64,000 bases of DNA, from the NCBI GenBank assembly GCA_051047955.1, contig JBPGPT010000016.1, positions 124,001 to 188,000 on the forward strand. The letters are read 5' to 3'. A program made the translations under genes and the position numbers. The stretch comes from Cystobasidiomycetes sp. EMM_F5 (taxonomy: Eukaryota). A model generated the notes under the pieces. It was not told the DNA's origin and searched no databases. It worked only from the letters and a program-made list of their open reading frames with translations. The stretch's first letter is position 1; every line of letters begins with the position of its first letter. Below are positions 61,920 to 64,000 of this stretch, piece after piece.

Positions 61920-64000
61920 CTACAGAACGAACTCCTCAACCTGGTAATCACCGACTTGTAGTTGCTTGGTCTTCGCGCTCTTCTTACGTTCGAAGCCTTG
62001 TTCTTTCGTCAGTGTCTTGAGCTTTTGAACAAGCGTATACGGAATTTTTTGCGGTGGCTTGCCCGCCGCGAGCGCCCTCTGATTGATGCGTTGCCATTTA
62101 CGGTACTGAGCATCGATTTCGCGTAATTCGGCCTTGGCTTCACGCTGTTTTTTATCAGCAGCATCAATCTGTCGAATGGGTTCGCGCAGTCCTTGTATGG
62201 ATCGTGAGAAGGCAGACTGCCTGACTGCAGCCAGCCGTAGGTACTCCAACATCGGACGCAGAGCCGGCGTCTGCATCATTGTGACCAGATGAGCATCCAG
62301 CATGCATGTAAGAAACATCAATAAGCGGTCCATGCGCGGCCTTGAAGCGCCCACTGCATCGTTTGCAACGCCTTTGATCATATCGCCATCTTCCAACCAC
62401 AACGCGAGGACTGGTAGAATTTCAAGGAGCTCTTGACTTCTAAGCCTGGCCTTCATTGCCGATTTGAGTGCAGCAGGAGTAGTCCTGTGATTGACGATAT
62501 CGCAGACGACAGCCAAGTTCGGCACGGAACCTTCCAATCCGCGACCAATCACAGCTCTGAGTGCGTTCATGAGCGAGTCTTCTGTAATGTCCATTAGATT
62601 CTTTACAGCCAAGGATAGCGTTTCCGCTTGGTTTGCATGACAAGTCCCTGCGACCAGGCCCGGCGGCGTATACATACAGTCCATGACATTCTCATTCACA
62701 AGCAAGATATCAATGGTGGTCTTCGCTAGTACGCTTCGCGTAATGTTGGGGTCGGATAGCAGTGGAACGGCCAACGCCAACAATTTCCTAATGACGCGGG
62801 GTGGCAATCCGGTCACACTCGCCTTGTCACCGCGTGCCTCTCGCGAGCGTCGCTCGTAGTAAGTTTCGAAAGTCTGATGAACTTCTGCAGGATCTTGTAT
62901 GTCGCCCTGGTTTGTTAACATCCTTTCCAGTATATGCGATAATTCTTCTGTTTCAGCTGGATCTGATCGCTCTGAATGATCCACCGAGGAAGGCGGCCTA
63001 CTTGCGGCTATATCTTGGGTAATATAGTGCATGTATTGCTGTTGTTTGCCAACAAGATCCGCTAAGACACTGCTCACTGGCACAGTGCAGGATACCGCAT
63101 GTAGTGTTGCCCGGCTAACGGAGGTCTGGCTGATTGAGGCGGCCGACACCGCTATAGTCGCATAATCAAATCTTGCAAGAGTGATCCGCAAAGGGCGAGA
63201 CATATCAACTGACTCGTTGTTGCCCGCGATTGCCACTCTGCTATCAGCAAGGATGAGGCCATACGGGACGTTATATAGAAATAAACGGACGTCGTTAGCT
63301 TTTGCGTCCAGTCCGACTACAACAGCCAGATCCGACACCGCTGTTTCTGAAGGGATGTCGGTCGTTGCCGCGACTGAGTCGGACAGGCTCGCAGGTAGGG
63401 CTAGCATTCCACAAGTAGTGATTTGTAGCGCCGTGCTTGCCAGTCGTTGCACGCGAACAGAGACGGCATGGAAGTACTCATCGGCATTCGTTTGCAGATC
63501 CATCATATTTTCCAGCGTCTTAGGTCGTACACTATCATTAGAGCGATCCAGTTTGAAGGTATGCAGTTCCCCTCCTAGACCTATACATCTGATATCAGTA
63601 TTGTGCGAAGGCGCACTGCAAACAACGCCTTACTCAGCGTGGTGACATGTCCATGACTCGTCATAACAGCATCGACTATATTTGCAGCGGGGAGGTTGGC
63701 ACACCCCACTCTGCGCAACTCCGAGGTGTGCGGGTGCAATGCCAAGAAATGGACCGAGGACGATGAAGGAGAGGCAAATTTGGCGTCAGGGTCGTCTGCT
63801 GACCTCACGCGACCTTTCTTGTCCGCCTTCTTGTTTTTGGCCTTGCTTTGCGGGACCACAGATCTTGTCGTGATGAGCGGAAAGACGTCCGACGCGCTAA
63901 CAATGTGTAGAAACGGCAACGTTCTCGTCGTCATTGAGGGTTGCCAATGGAAATTATACTTCGACCCTGTCTCTGCCTCACTGGTCAAGCTCATTGAGAT
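61920..64000 (-). CDS. Partial gene (5' end outside window), possibly a NOL11/Utp8-like nucleolar protein
   Basis: 528-aa ORF plus upstream exons. Helical C-terminal region LLMFLTCMLDAHL and terminal VGDYQVEEFVL motif. Family call is tentative. Confidence 0.5.

Noticed and set aside
1..64000. tRNA/rRNA/snRNA genes, CRISPR arrays, transposons, and TGA-CTA readthrough PTS1 extensions
   Set aside because: None was recognised by eye. The stop contexts checked (FAH, RIB5, GLN1, Nudix, gaaA, cupin) gave no readthrough PTS1. Infernal and RepeatMasker would be needed to exclude ncRNAs or element relics.
1..64000. Numerous short antisense or alternate-frame ORFs in the six-frame track
   Set aside because: They are shadows of spliced genes in DNA of roughly balanced GC content and have no independent motifs.

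Overview
This is eukaryotic, intron-rich fungal DNA. It has short introns of roughly 50-130 nt, CTRAY branch sites and compact intergenic regions. The gene content and intron style suggest a basidiomycete yeast, possibly Pucciniomycotina (inference). About 32 spliced protein-coding genes can be reconstructed by hand. Most are housekeeping genes: RTC3/SBDS-like, FAH-family hydrolase, DPM1, RIB5, TVP38, EMC3, PEP7-like FYVE, GLN1, TRM10, an MFS transporter, an RGS protein, a Nudix ADPRase, LSM4, a BCKDK/PDK kinase, importin-11/KAP120, RPL29, GH31, gaaA, KEX1 and a DUF985 cupin. Several orphan genes lie among them. No tRNA, rRNA, CRISPR array or recognisable transposon was seen. The most striking signal is inside the importin-11 gene: a 672-nt, stop-free, in-frame GT-AG segment (exitron or alternative 3' splice-site candidate) whose last ~380 nt contain no AG dinucleotide at all. 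Other notable items are two HPD-less J-like genes that share intron positions, a 4-nt microexon, seven consecutive microexons in GLN1 and a GC-AG intron. Gene boundaries are manual reconstructions and family calls are from recalled motifs, not database searches.
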